In this document: in pieces, positions 48,539-57,598 of the stretch | How positions within the stretch are numbered: the first letter of the stretch is position 1 | Layout of the letters: every line of letters begins with the position of its first letter | Virus record (IMG/VR): IMGVR_UViG_3300042147_000020 | Coordinates: 124,001 to 188,000 of that record | Length of the DNA stretch: 64,000 nucleotides | Direction: 5' to 3' (one strand) | Position numbers and translations under genes: made by a program | The notes under the pieces: generated by a model | What the model was told of the DNA's origin: nothing | The model's input: only the letters and a program-made list of their open reading frames with translations | The model's database searches: none

Positions 48539-49586
48539 CGACGTCTACGTTCAGTCTGAGATCTTCATGGCGTCGGACTTGGACCGCATCAACATCTCCC
48601 CGACGACTGGTTTTGAGTACCACAAGACTTTCGCTGATGACCCCGAGTTGACCCAACTGGGTTTCGCCAAGAGTCTTGATGACTTCACTGGGGAGAAGTT
48701 CCTAGAGCTGTTGCGTCTGGCAGCTAACAACCCCACCAAGGTCTTTGTGTTTGTCGATTCGGCAACCTACTCACGACTTTACGCGATTCAACTCAAGGCC
48801 CTGTTCCCGAATATCTCGTACGAACACTTCAAGTTCTTCTTCGTTTGTAAGAAGGCAGTGATCGACGGTCGGGCTGCTACGTCCTACGCACCAAGCATTG
48901 ATCCTCGTGCCGGGGCTAAAATCAACAACGCAGTCGTGGACGAGCTATACCACAAAGACGACTCCGAATTGATCGAAGCGATGGCTGACGTACTGAACGA
49001 CGAAGGGGTTAACCTCTCCCTCGAATGGAACGTCCTGAAGTTGTTGACCGACGGTGAGATCGGCACTATCCCTGATAAGGTCAAGAACCTCGTCAAGCGG
49101 GTAGCGCTGTCAGTAGTCCACGAGACTCTGGGTTCGGTAGGGTTCTCGGTCACTGATCCTCGTAACTGGGAGTTCTTGGGTTGTGACGCTGACACCCTGT
49201 TGGAATACGACAGTATCTTCCAGGGCTGCACCAACCTCGGTTACATGAACAACCCTGCGTTCTTGGGCAAGTCGACCTTGGGCTTGAAGATGCCGGACCA
49301 GTGGATGATCGAGTTGATCAAACAAGTCCGTGAGTTCCTCGTGTTGAGCGGTGAAGTCAAGTCGCATCTGTTCATGGGCGTGATCCTTGAACTGTACGAG
49401 GGTGGCTTCAAGTACGAAACTGCTGAGGACTGCATCGCTGCGGTAACGAGCGTGTTTGCTAACGCTGAACGGACCGTCAGTCTGCCACACAGCGACCTCG
49501 GTAAGTACGACGAGAACTTGATCCGCTTCTTGCTACGTAGCGATCGCAAAGAAATCACTGCACTCCGGGAAGGTTCGCAATGGTAG
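48522..49586 (+). CDS. Hypothetical protein in the rSAM cluster
   Basis: ATG at 48522 (MFHLFND) with a GGAG RBS; acidic and helical. Confidence 0.7.
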   Translation: MFHLFNDVYVQSEIFMASDLDRINISPTTGFEYHKTFADDPELTQLGFAKSLDDFTGEKFLELLRLAANNPTKVFVFVDSATYSRLYAIQLKALFPNISYEHFKFFFVCKKAVIDGRAATSYAPSIDPRAGAKINNAVVDELYHKDDSELIEAMADVLNDEGVNLSLEWNVLKLLTDGEIGTIPDKVKNLVKRVALSVVHETLGSVGFSVTDPRNWEFLGCDADTLLEYDSIFQGCTNLGYMNNPAFLGKSTLGLKMPDQWMIELIKQVREFLVLSGEVKSHLFMGVILELYEGGFKYETAEDCIAAVTSVFANAERTVSLPHSDLGKYDENLIRFLLRSDRKEITALREGSQW

Positions 49587-50593
49587 GATTAATACCGCTA
49601 GTGGATGTCCTCCAAGACAAAAAGGGGGCAACTAAAGAAGCTCACCTGATTCTGTTCGAGAAGTGCAACCTGCGGTGTTCGTTCTGCCACCAGGATCACG
49701 ACTCCGAAGTAGGGATGGAAGCCGAAGCCATCATGCAGAAGGCTCTCACCCTCATTGAGACTGGAGACCCAGAAGCTCCAATCGTGATCAACCTCACAGG
49801 CGGGGAGCTGTTCTCGGACAACATCCCCGATTGGATGTTCGGTTACTACCTGTCGGCTGGACAACTGCTACTGCGTCACTTCAAGCGGGCTAAGTTGGTC
49901 TGGGGTACAAACCTGATCTACAGTGACCTCTTCCGAGTAATGCGGTTGATCAGCATGCTGCGGGCCGAGGCTAGTAAAGATCAGAACGTATGTTTGGCAA
50001 CGTCCCACGACCCAGCGGGACGCTTCACTGTAGGTAATCGGGAACTGTTTCTACGGAACCTGATGGTCGTCAAGCCTTACGTTGAAACTGTGAACGTGGT
50101 GATCACTCGACAGAACATCCAGTTGTTCCTCAGTGGTAATGAGGGTAAAGAGTTTGACTGGTTGTGTCGTAACTTCGATGTGTATTTCGATCACTACATT
50201 CCCTCCGAGCGTTACCAAGAGCACCAACCGACTGAGTCAGCTATCAGTCAGCTCTACTTAGCCCTCGACAAGAAGTACCCAAACTCCTACCCCATCAAAG
50301 CGTGGAAGGAGAACCGTTTCAATGACACCACCTGTCGCTCTACGAAGATCATCAACAAAGATGGCGTAGTGACAACGTGTTGGTCCGAAGCGGGTAAGGA
50401 CTCTGTCTTGGACGAAGGGGCTGGCTTGAAAGCCAAGAACGAAGCCGAAGAGCGTTTCCTTGAGCACTACGGTTGTATGTCGTGTGAGTACTTCCAACGA
50501 TGTGGCTTACGGTGCTTCTTGCACCACAGCTTCATTGAAGGTACGACTACCGAATGTGAAATCAAAAAGATGTTCGATCAGATACTGGTCTGA
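49580..50593 (+). CDS. Radical SAM protein 2 with a C-terminal Cys cluster
   Basis: CNLRCSFC, TGGELF and CMSCEYFQRCGLRC..C. Confidence 0.9.
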   Translation: MVGLIPLVDVLQDKKGATKEAHLILFEKCNLRCSFCHQDHDSEVGMEAEAIMQKALTLIETGDPEAPIVINLTGGELFSDNIPDWMFGYYLSAGQLLLRHFKRAKLVWGTNLIYSDLFRVMRLISMLRAEASKDQNVCLATSHDPAGRFTVGNRELFLRNLMVVKPYVETVNVVITRQNIQLFLSGNEGKEFDWLCRNFDVYFDHYIPSERYQEHQPTESAISQLYLALDKKYPNSYPIKAWKENRFNDTTCRSTKIINKDGVVTTCWSEAGKDSVLDEGAGLKAKNEAEERFLEHYGCMSCEYFQRCGLRCFLHHSFIEGTTTECEIKKMFDQILV

Positions 50594-50598
50594 AGTGT

Positions 50599-50625
50599 CG
50601 GGGTGGGTAACACCACCCCGGTTTT
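50599..50625 (+). terminator. Hairpin inside the rSAM cluster
   Basis: cggggtgg-gtaaca-ccaccccg-gtttt directly before ATG 50626. Confidence 0.55.
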
Positions 50626-51741
50626 ATGTTCGTCATTAAGGAGTCCTCTGTGGACCTTATCATTAAACCCACCGTGGCGTGCAATTTCAAGTGTACTTTC
50701 TGCTCCAGTACTAAATTGTCCGAGGACCCTAAAGAGATCGTAGAGCTAGAGGAAATTGAAGCTTTCATCAAGCGGTTTCCTAACACCAACACCGTGATCG
50801 TGAACGGTGGTGACCCTTTGATGATGCCTCCGAGTTACTACTGGTCGCTGATTGACATCTTGGACCGTCATAACTGTCCTGCCACGATTGCGTTTACCAC
50901 TAACCTGTGGGCGTTCTATAAAAAGCCTGAGCTGTGGGTAGACTTGTTTCGTCATCCGCGTGTGGGCGTTGCTACTTCGTTTCAATACGGTGACAAACGA
51001 CTCAAGGGTGACTTGAAACCGTTCACCGAAGCTGAATTCTGGGCCTGCTCTGATCTGATGTTGGAGCTGGTGGGTTATCGACCGACGTTCATTGCGGTCA
51101 TTGACAAAGACAATGAAGACTCTGTACTCGACACGGTGTTACTGGCTGCTCGTATGGGAGTAGAGGTCAAGCTGAATCACGCACTGGCTTCAGGTCCAGA
51201 GGTGGACTATAAAGGTGTGGTGATGGGGAACCAAAACAAGTTCTTCACTCAAGCTGACATCTACCGACACTACTTGGCCATTTATGACGCTGGGTTAGAG
51301 GAACACGAGTACAACACTAAACAGATGACCCGTCGTCTGCGTAATGGTGCAACCACCTGTCCGTTGGCTCGTAACTGCGACCAACACATCCGTGCATTAC
51401 AACCGGGTGGTGGTAACTACTTCTCGTGTGGAGCTTTCGGGGATGACAATGAATACCCTATCGACTTTCAGCGTGAGATGTCTGGCGAGTTCTTTACTCC
51501 GTTAGAGAGTCAACCTGAACTGTTCAGTATGAAAGACGCCTGTGCTGCGTGTCCGATGTTTGCGATCTGCAACGGGTGCAAGAAGACCATTGCCGACACC
51601 AAACGTTTGGGCCTAACTGAACACCACTGTCGCACAATGAAATCGTTGGCTCCTCGGATCATCGAGGCTAACGGTCTAACGGGTCAGTTAGAACCCACTC
51701 CGTATGAAGATGAAACTCCCGTTTTGATTGCCCGAGGTTAA
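50626..51741 (+). CDS. Radical SAM/SPASM protein 3
   Basis: CNFKCTFC, NGGDPL and TTCPLARNC..FSCG..CAACPMFAICNGC..HC. Confidence 0.92.
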   Translation: MFVIKESSVDLIIKPTVACNFKCTFCSSTKLSEDPKEIVELEEIEAFIKRFPNTNTVIVNGGDPLMMPPSYYWSLIDILDRHNCPATIAFTTNLWAFYKKPELWVDLFRHPRVGVATSFQYGDKRLKGDLKPFTEAEFWACSDLMLELVGYRPTFIAVIDKDNEDSVLDTVLLAARMGVEVKLNHALASGPEVDYKGVVMGNQNKFFTQADIYRHYLAIYDAGLEEHEYNTKQMTRRLRNGATTCPLARNCDQHIRALQPGGGNYFSCGAFGDDNEYPIDFQREMSGEFFTPLESQPELFSMKDACAACPMFAICNGCKKTIADTKRLGLTEHHCRTMKSLAPRIIEANGLTGQLEPTPYEDETPVLIARG

Positions 51742-51742
51742 A

Positions 51743-52714
51743 ATGAAGCCTGTTGTCCTCTCCGTGAATCCATGGTACTTCTGTAACTTTCGCTGCTCGT
51801 TCTGTTATCTGACCGAACAACAACTCAGTGACCGTAAACTATTACCGCTAGAACGGTTGGCGGAGATGGTAGACGAAGTACAAGCCGCAGGTTACACCGT
51901 TGAACACATCGACATCTATGGGGGTGAAGTGCTGTTACTGCCCGCTGATTACCTCAACGGGATGAAGCAAGTCTTCCACGACCGAGGGATTGACGATCTG
52001 TGTCTGATCACCAACCTGTCTCTGGTGAATGACGTAGCACTCGATGATGACTACGAGTTGTCGGTGTCGTACGATTTCGAAGCCCGTGAGAAACATGAGA
52101 AAGTCTTTGACAACATGCTTGCCTTACCTCGACAGTTTAACGTGTTGAGTTTGGTGGGTCGTAAGTTCTTGGACGTCGTTACTCCAGACGAATACGTACA
52201 CACCCTGAACCTGCTCTCCCAGCTCTGGTGTGTGGAACTTAAGCCGTACAGCGAGAACCAAGCCAACGCTGACGCAGTGTCGTTCAAAGAGTTCGAGGAC
52301 TTCGTGTGGGCAGTGATCAAACACCCTGACCGTGAGTTCTATCTGGAGAACGAATCCCTGATTCGCAAAGCGGCTGAAACCAAGACTCGTAATGCGTTCA
52401 GTGACAATCACATCTACATCACCCCTGCGGGTCGTTACGCGGTACTGGAGTTTGATGCCAACGACCGTGAGTTCTTCTTGGAGCTGGATGACTTAGCTGG
52501 TTATCAAGCCTGGTGTGCACTTGAAAAAGAGCGGGTTACCGCCAATGAGTTTTGCAGTAAGTGTCAATTCAAAGGCGGGTGTTTATCCGAACACCTAAGA
52601 GACGTTAGGTCGTTAGAGAACTCCTGTAACGGGTTCCACGACCTGTTAGTGAGGTGGGTAGATGAAGGTAGTCCAACACAGACAGAGACTCGAGATCACG
52701 CTCGATCTGTTTAA
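51743..52714 (+). CDS. Radical SAM protein 4
   Basis: CNFRCSFC, YGGEVL and CSKCQFKGGC..SC; ATG at 51743 with a GAGG RBS. Confidence 0.9.
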   Translation: MKPVVLSVNPWYFCNFRCSFCYLTEQQLSDRKLLPLERLAEMVDEVQAAGYTVEHIDIYGGEVLLLPADYLNGMKQVFHDRGIDDLCLITNLSLVNDVALDDDYELSVSYDFEAREKHEKVFDNMLALPRQFNVLSLVGRKFLDVVTPDEYVHTLNLLSQLWCVELKPYSENQANADAVSFKEFEDFVWAVIKHPDREFYLENESLIRKAAETKTRNAFSDNHIYITPAGRYAVLEFDANDREFFLELDDLAGYQAWCALEKERVTANEFCSKCQFKGGCLSEHLRDVRSLENSCNGFHDLLVRWVDEGSPTQTETRDHARSV

Positions 52715-53678
52715 AGGTTGTGGTCATTCCTGCGGTGGCTGCATGATTGATAAAAGTTTGGGTGGAGACGTGAAAGATCTCCCCGAACTCTTAGCCCTGA
52801 TTCAAGAAATGGTCGGGGTGGGTTACGTAGCGTTTGACCTCGGTGTAGGACCGACGGACTACATGACTGCTGATAACCGTCTCGAAGTGATGCAGAACCG
52901 AACCTTCCAAGAGATGGCTCAACAGTTTCATCAGGTAACATTCAACGCAGCCTTCCTCGACACTAACCTGCTCAACTACGGGGTGATGTGTTACGAGATT
53001 GATTGTGCAGTACCAGACAAGCCGATTCGCTTTCTGATCCCAGCCGTACCGGCTCATTTCAAGAATGAGAAGTTCGGCTTGATGATTAAAGAAAAGTTGG
53101 AGTACATCAAAAAGAACCTGATCGTAGCTCGACTGAACGAAGCAGGTTTTGTGGTGAACTGTACACAGGAAACTGTGGACGAGAAGTTTGAGGAGCACCT
53201 ACGTAATGGGTTTGATATTGAATTCGTGGTGGACAAAGACGACATCCTCACCATCCCTTACGGACGAGCCCCAAACAAAGACTTGCTGGTGGCGCAGAAT
53301 GTTCGTCGAGTGTCTCACCGAATCAGTTCTTTCTATGCGGGGCTGAATGGGGAAGACGAACGTCGACGTAACCCTGATCTCCACTACGACACTGGGACAA
53401 TGGTTAACCTGTTGTACACCGGGGGTAAACTGTACTGGGTTCCTTTCCTCAAAGACGACTGTCCGTTCATAGACGACGACTTTGTGATCCCTCGACCTTG
53501 GACTATGGCTAACCTGTTAGAAGCCCGTAATCGCGCTCGTGATAGCTCCTTGGACTATCTGGAAGGCAGTGAGTGTATGGAGTGTCCTCACCTCGGGAGC
53601 TGTGCCGAGAAAGGCATCACCAGCATCATGCAGAAGTTGTCGATTCGGGATTGCTTAGTGGGGTTGGCCGATGTTTAA
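52662..53678 (+). CDS. Divergent radical SAM-like protein 5
   Basis: CGHSCGGC; GPTD in place of GGEP; CMECPHLGSC..DC. Confidence 0.75.
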   Translation: MKVVQHRQRLEITLDLFKGCGHSCGGCMIDKSLGGDVKDLPELLALIQEMVGVGYVAFDLGVGPTDYMTADNRLEVMQNRTFQEMAQQFHQVTFNAAFLDTNLLNYGVMCYEIDCAVPDKPIRFLIPAVPAHFKNEKFGLMIKEKLEYIKKNLIVARLNEAGFVVNCTQETVDEKFEEHLRNGFDIEFVVDKDDILTIPYGRAPNKDLLVAQNVRRVSHRISSFYAGLNGEDERRRNPDLHYDTGTMVNLLYTGGKLYWVPFLKDDCPFIDDDFVIPRPWTMANLLEARNRARDSSLDYLEGSECMECPHLGSCAEKGITSIMQKLSIRDCLVGLADV

Positions 53679-54717
53679 CGAATATGGCGTGATCTCTGTC
53701 AACCTCACGATGGAGATCCTAAAAGGCTGTGGGTTCAGTTGTAGTGACTGTGCCGTACAGAAAGACTTCACTACCTCAGACATTCCTCCAGAGGACTCAC
53801 AGGACCTCCTAGGGCTACTGGATGACCTGCGTGTCAATGAAGTTCGTCTGTTTGAGTTCACTGTAGGTCCAACTGACTTTATCAGTGCCCAGAATGGCTT
53901 CGAGACCTTTAAGCATCCGTTAGTCTTGGGATTAGCTGAACGGTTTGAATCCATGACGTTGTCGTTGGCAATGTTGAGTGACAACCGCTTGGTGGAATTG
54001 GGTGGGGTGATTGACCGTATGATCCCCGAGAAGAAGTTCCGGTTGGTGATCCCTGCCACCCTAAAGAACTTACAGAAACCCAAGTACGTGGAAGCCTTAC
54101 GTCGCCGAGTACACTTGTTGCGCGACAGCCTCCATTCTGCGAAGTTCTACCAGATCTACTTGAACTCCAACATGGTACAGGAGAACCTGAACGAACTGTC
54201 GTACGAGACGGTGTCGAACTCAGGGGCGGCTGACTTAGGGGTTCGTACCACGTTGGAGCACGGCTTCGGTCATGCCCGAGCAGGCTTTCAAAACTTGTTT
54301 AACCGTGATCGGTTCATCTACGACCTGAAGCTCTACGTGGAGCGCAGTAAGGTGCTGAAGGACACCCGGTACCAACGTAAGCTGATTCCGATAACGACCG
54401 ATGCGTTAGAGCTGACGTACCGTGCAGGCAAGCTTTATTACACACCGGTGGTGATTGAGAAGTTCCACATCTTTGATCCGGTGTTTGAGATCCCTAAACC
54501 GTGGACAGCACAAGCGGTACTCGATTTCAAAGAGCAGTTGTACTACCGCATGTTAGAAAAATACGTGGTACACCCATTATGTAGAGATTGTTGCTTTGTC
54601 AACACCTGTGCTTTGGGGGATCATCATGTGGTCATGGATTACCTGAAACACGATGAGTGTTTGACCGACATGAAGAACCGCCACGATATGGATCGAAAGG
54701 ATACCCACGGTGAGTGA
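53671..54717 (+). CDS. Divergent radical SAM-like protein 6 (paralog of protein 5)
   Basis: CGFSCSDC, GPTD, Y..GKLY, IP.PWT and CRDCCFVNTC..EC. Confidence 0.75.
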   Translation: MFNEYGVISVNLTMEILKGCGFSCSDCAVQKDFTTSDIPPEDSQDLLGLLDDLRVNEVRLFEFTVGPTDFISAQNGFETFKHPLVLGLAERFESMTLSLAMLSDNRLVELGGVIDRMIPEKKFRLVIPATLKNLQKPKYVEALRRRVHLLRDSLHSAKFYQIYLNSNMVQENLNELSYETVSNSGAADLGVRTTLEHGFGHARAGFQNLFNRDRFIYDLKLYVERSKVLKDTRYQRKLIPITTDALELTYRAGKLYYTPVVIEKFHIFDPVFEIPKPWTAQAVLDFKEQLYYRMLEKYVVHPLCRDCCFVNTCALGDHHVVMDYLKHDECLTDMKNRHDMDRKDTHGE

Positions 54718-55138
54718 ACATAAAGAGTATCAACGCCTGTACGCCCAACTGGTCACAGATCACCCCGATGACTTTGCCAAGATGGAGATCGTCGAGTCTG
54801 AGGAGCTGGTGGAGAACGCTAAGCACTACTTCCGCGAAGCCACCTTCCCGCTGATCTATCCAGCGAAGTCAATGGCTGTCGCTGTAATCTACGCCCTGTT
54901 ACTGGAAGAGACTTACGGGTTACATCCGTTTGACTCCCTTAAAGACCCAGACCTATTCTTAGGTCAAGACCCATACTTCCGTCCGTATGACCAACATCCC
55001 CGTGAATACGATCAATTGATCTGGTGGGTGGCGGAACAACCGAACTGGAAAGAAATGGGCTGGGCACCAAAGACAGTTGAATACTTCTACCTTGAGTGCA
55101 CTGAAGCTGGTATCAGTAAAATCAACGAAGGGGTTTGA
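54710..55138 (+). CDS. Hypothetical protein in the rSAM cluster
   Basis: 142 aa with a GTG start overlapping the upstream stop. Confidence 0.65.
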   Translation: MSEHKEYQRLYAQLVTDHPDDFAKMEIVESEELVENAKHYFREATFPLIYPAKSMAVAVIYALLLEETYGLHPFDSLKDPDLFLGQDPYFRPYDQHPREYDQLIWWVAEQPNWKEMGWAPKTVEYFYLECTEAGISKINEGV

Positions 55139-55139
55139 A

Positions 55140-55697
55140 ATGAAATATGTTGAACCGTGGAGCACTCAATTAGCCCACTTCAATGTCGCAGACTTAGTCG
55201 ACTTGGGTGCCTTGCGTGACGAGATCTTCAATCTACACTGTTTGACCGAAGGGGACGACCCAGGACAGAAGTGGATCACCTCTGAGTTCGTACCTGAAAT
55301 TATCCGCATGCGTGATGAACTGATTACCCCACGGGTGATTCAGTACGCCAAAGAGTTGTGGGACTACGACATCCCCAAGATTGAAGTAGAGACCTCGGGT
55401 AAGTGGATTCCTGAAGGTGAAGGACTGTTCCCCCACGTTCATGGTGGTTCGTGTATCAGTACGATCTTTTACCCCTCACCAACTAACTTCGGGTTGAGTT
55501 TTTTCGACCCTCGTTCCAATGCTGGCCGGGGTTATCCGAAAGAGATCCGTGATCGGTTCTTTAAAGCCTTCCCGATTGTTCCTGCGGCGGGGGACATTTG
55601 GATCTTCCCAAGTTACTTACAGCACAGTGTGTCGCACGTCCAAGAGAACGTCCGGTTGAGCATGCTGTGTGAATACTACTTGCGGGAGAACGTTTGA
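55140..55697 (+). CDS. Putative 2OG-Fe(II) oxygenase 1 (TIGR02466-like)
   Basis: PHVH...STIFY...FDPR...P..GDIWIFPSYLQHSV...RLS. Confidence 0.82.
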   Translation: MKYVEPWSTQLAHFNVADLVDLGALRDEIFNLHCLTEGDDPGQKWITSEFVPEIIRMRDELITPRVIQYAKELWDYDIPKIEVETSGKWIPEGEGLFPHVHGGSCISTIFYPSPTNFGLSFFDPRSNAGRGYPKEIRDRFFKAFPIVPAAGDIWIFPSYLQHSVSHVQENVRLSMLCEYYLRENV

Positions 55698-56263
55698 TGG
55701 AACTGTTCCGTCCTTGGCAAACCAGTATTGCCAGAATCAACGTGGCTGAGTTGTGTGACTTGGATCAGCTTACTCAAGAGATCCTAATTGTCTCTGCCGG
55801 CGGCACTGTAGCCGTCCCACAAGACGCTACACGCGACGATCCGTTCGTAGGTGGCATCGTTACTCTACGTGACGACGTAATCACCCCCAGAGTCATGGAG
55901 TACATTCGCACAGAGTACGGTCTCAACTGTGATCCTGAAACGGTTGCTATGGAAACGTGGGGGATGAACATCGCTCCCGGTAGTGACTTGGAAACACACA
56001 TCCACGGTTTGTCCAACTTCACGACGGTGTTCTACCCCTGTGAGTCAGACGCTCGCTTAGTACTGGTTGATCCTCGTTTGAATGCAGCACGAGGGTTCTC
56101 TAAGTCTTTGCGTGACCGTAACTTCGGTAACCTACGAGTTGACCCTAAACCCGGAGACTTGTGGATCTTCCCAAGCTTCGTCCCCCATTCTGTGACGTCA
56201 GTAGGTAACGAGTTCCGCCTGTCTTTGGTGAACGATTACTTCCTAGACCCCACCCTCGATTAA
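55697..56263 (+). CDS. Putative 2OG-Fe(II) oxygenase 2
   Basis: THIH...TVFY...VDPR...PGDLWIFPSFVPHSV...RLS. Confidence 0.82.
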   Translation: MELFRPWQTSIARINVAELCDLDQLTQEILIVSAGGTVAVPQDATRDDPFVGGIVTLRDDVITPRVMEYIRTEYGLNCDPETVAMETWGMNIAPGSDLETHIHGLSNFTTVFYPCESDARLVLVDPRLNAARGFSKSLRDRNFGNLRVDPKPGDLWIFPSFVPHSVTSVGNEFRLSLVNDYFLDPTLD

Positions 56264-56274
56264 GAGACCTGAAC

Positions 56275-56829
56275 ATGGAACTGATTCAACCTTGGAACAC
56301 GTCGATCCTTAAAGCGAACGTGTCCCACATGTGTAACGTGGAAGCGATTGCCGATGAGATCCTGTCACTACACAGTCTCTCCCCACAACAGTCCACCACG
56401 CAGTACAAAATCACCCCAGAAGAGTTCCCAGCTCTGTGTGACTTCCGTGACCGGGTGGTAACTAACCTGGTGAAAGAATTCGTCAAACAAACGATGCGTT
56501 TCGACCTGACACAGTTCACCGTCGATACGTTCGGTAAGTGGTTCGAGAAAGGCATGGATCTTTCTCCGCACACTCACGGTAGCACTGGGATCACCTCTGT
56601 GTTCTACCCGGCTGACTACAAGTCGGGAATGACCGTGTACGATCCGCGTGGTAATGCTTGCCGTGGCTACCCGCGTCAAATCCGGGACGACTACTTCGCT
56701 CCCTTTTACGTCTACCCCAAGGCTGGTGATTTGATCATCATGCCGTCGTTCTTGCAACACTACGTCCCCACCGTAGAAGACGACCTGCGTCTGTCGTTGA
56801 TCAACGATTACATGTTCCCAAGCGTATAA
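56275..56829 (+). CDS. Putative 2OG-Fe(II) oxygenase 3
   Basis: PHTH...SVFY...YDPR...AGDLIIMPSFLQHYV...RLS. Confidence 0.82.
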   Translation: MELIQPWNTSILKANVSHMCNVEAIADEILSLHSLSPQQSTTQYKITPEEFPALCDFRDRVVTNLVKEFVKQTMRFDLTQFTVDTFGKWFEKGMDLSPHTHGSTGITSVFYPADYKSGMTVYDPRGNACRGYPRQIRDDYFAPFYVYPKAGDLIIMPSFLQHYVPTVEDDLRLSLINDYMFPSV

Positions 56830-56833
56830 ACAG

Positions 56834-56863
56834 AGGAGGGGTTCGTCCCCTCCTTTTATGCCG
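56834..56863 (+). terminator. Hairpin plus TTTTATGCCG closing the cluster
   Basis: aggagggg-ttcgt-cccctcct-tttatgccg. Confidence 0.75.
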
Positions 56864-56908
56864 TCATCTTATGTAAGCTTTTAGCAAATCACGGAAGGGT
56901 GAAGCATT

Positions 56909-57586
56909 ATGTTTGAAGTCGTGGATAAGGGCGCTATTAAAGAGAAACAGCGCAAGTTGAAAGAGCTGGGCCTGTATGAAGGGAATGTGGACGGTATCTG
57001 GGGACCTCTGAGTCAAGCGGCTTGGGATAAGACTCAAGGTGACAAAGTTGTGTCTGCTCCGTTTGATACCACTCGGATCATCTGGGCCACCAAGGTCTCC
57101 AAAGAGTTCATCCTCAAAGTACGGGACATCGCCAAACGTCTTGAGATGCCCACAGAGGGCTCTAACTGGTTGATGGCGTGTATGGCCTTCGAGACCGGTG
57201 AAACCTTCTCACCGACGATCAAGAACGGTGCTGGCGCTCCTTACTACGGACTGATCCAGTTCGGTGAAGCAGCAGCCAAAGATTGTGGCACTACGGTGGC
57301 CGCTCTGGTAAAGATGACTGCTGAGCAACAGCTCGACTACGTATACAAGTTCTTCAAGCCGTACACCGGTAAGCTGAAGACCCTCAGCGACGTTTACTCT
57401 CGCATCATCTGGCCAGTGGCCGTGGGTAAGTCAGAAGACTACGTGATCTTTGACACGAAGGTACGTCCTACTGCGTACGTTCAGAACAAGGGTCTGGACA
57501 TCAACAAGGACGGCCTCGTCACCAAAGCTGAATGTGCGGCGAAGGTCCAAGAAAAATACGTGCGTGGACTGAAGTTCGTCGCCTAA
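56909..57586 (+). CDS. Modular endolysin: N-terminal peptidoglycan-binding segment plus a lysozyme-like/transglycosylase domain
   Basis: Q..LKELGLY.G.VDGIWGP.S..A (PG_binding_1-like), then MAFETG.TF.P...N....YGLIQF. Confidence 0.8.
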   Translation: MFEVVDKGAIKEKQRKLKELGLYEGNVDGIWGPLSQAAWDKTQGDKVVSAPFDTTRIIWATKVSKEFILKVRDIAKRLEMPTEGSNWLMACMAFETGETFSPTIKNGAGAPYYGLIQFGEAAAKDCGTTVAALVKMTAEQQLDYVYKFFKPYTGKLKTLSDVYSRIIWPVAVGKSEDYVIFDTKVRPTAYVQNKGLDINKDGLVTKAECAAKVQEKYVRGLKFVA

Positions 57587-57598
57587 TGGAATCTATAC

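Noticed and set aside
45686-56829. Cluster as a 7-deazaguanine or other DNA modification pathway, or as an NrdG activase
   Set aside because: No FolE, QueD, QueC, DpdA, nucleotide kinase, transferase or NrdD genes are recognisable in the window, and the enzymes carry SPASM-like Cys clusters. This cannot be fully excluded without the rest of the genome.
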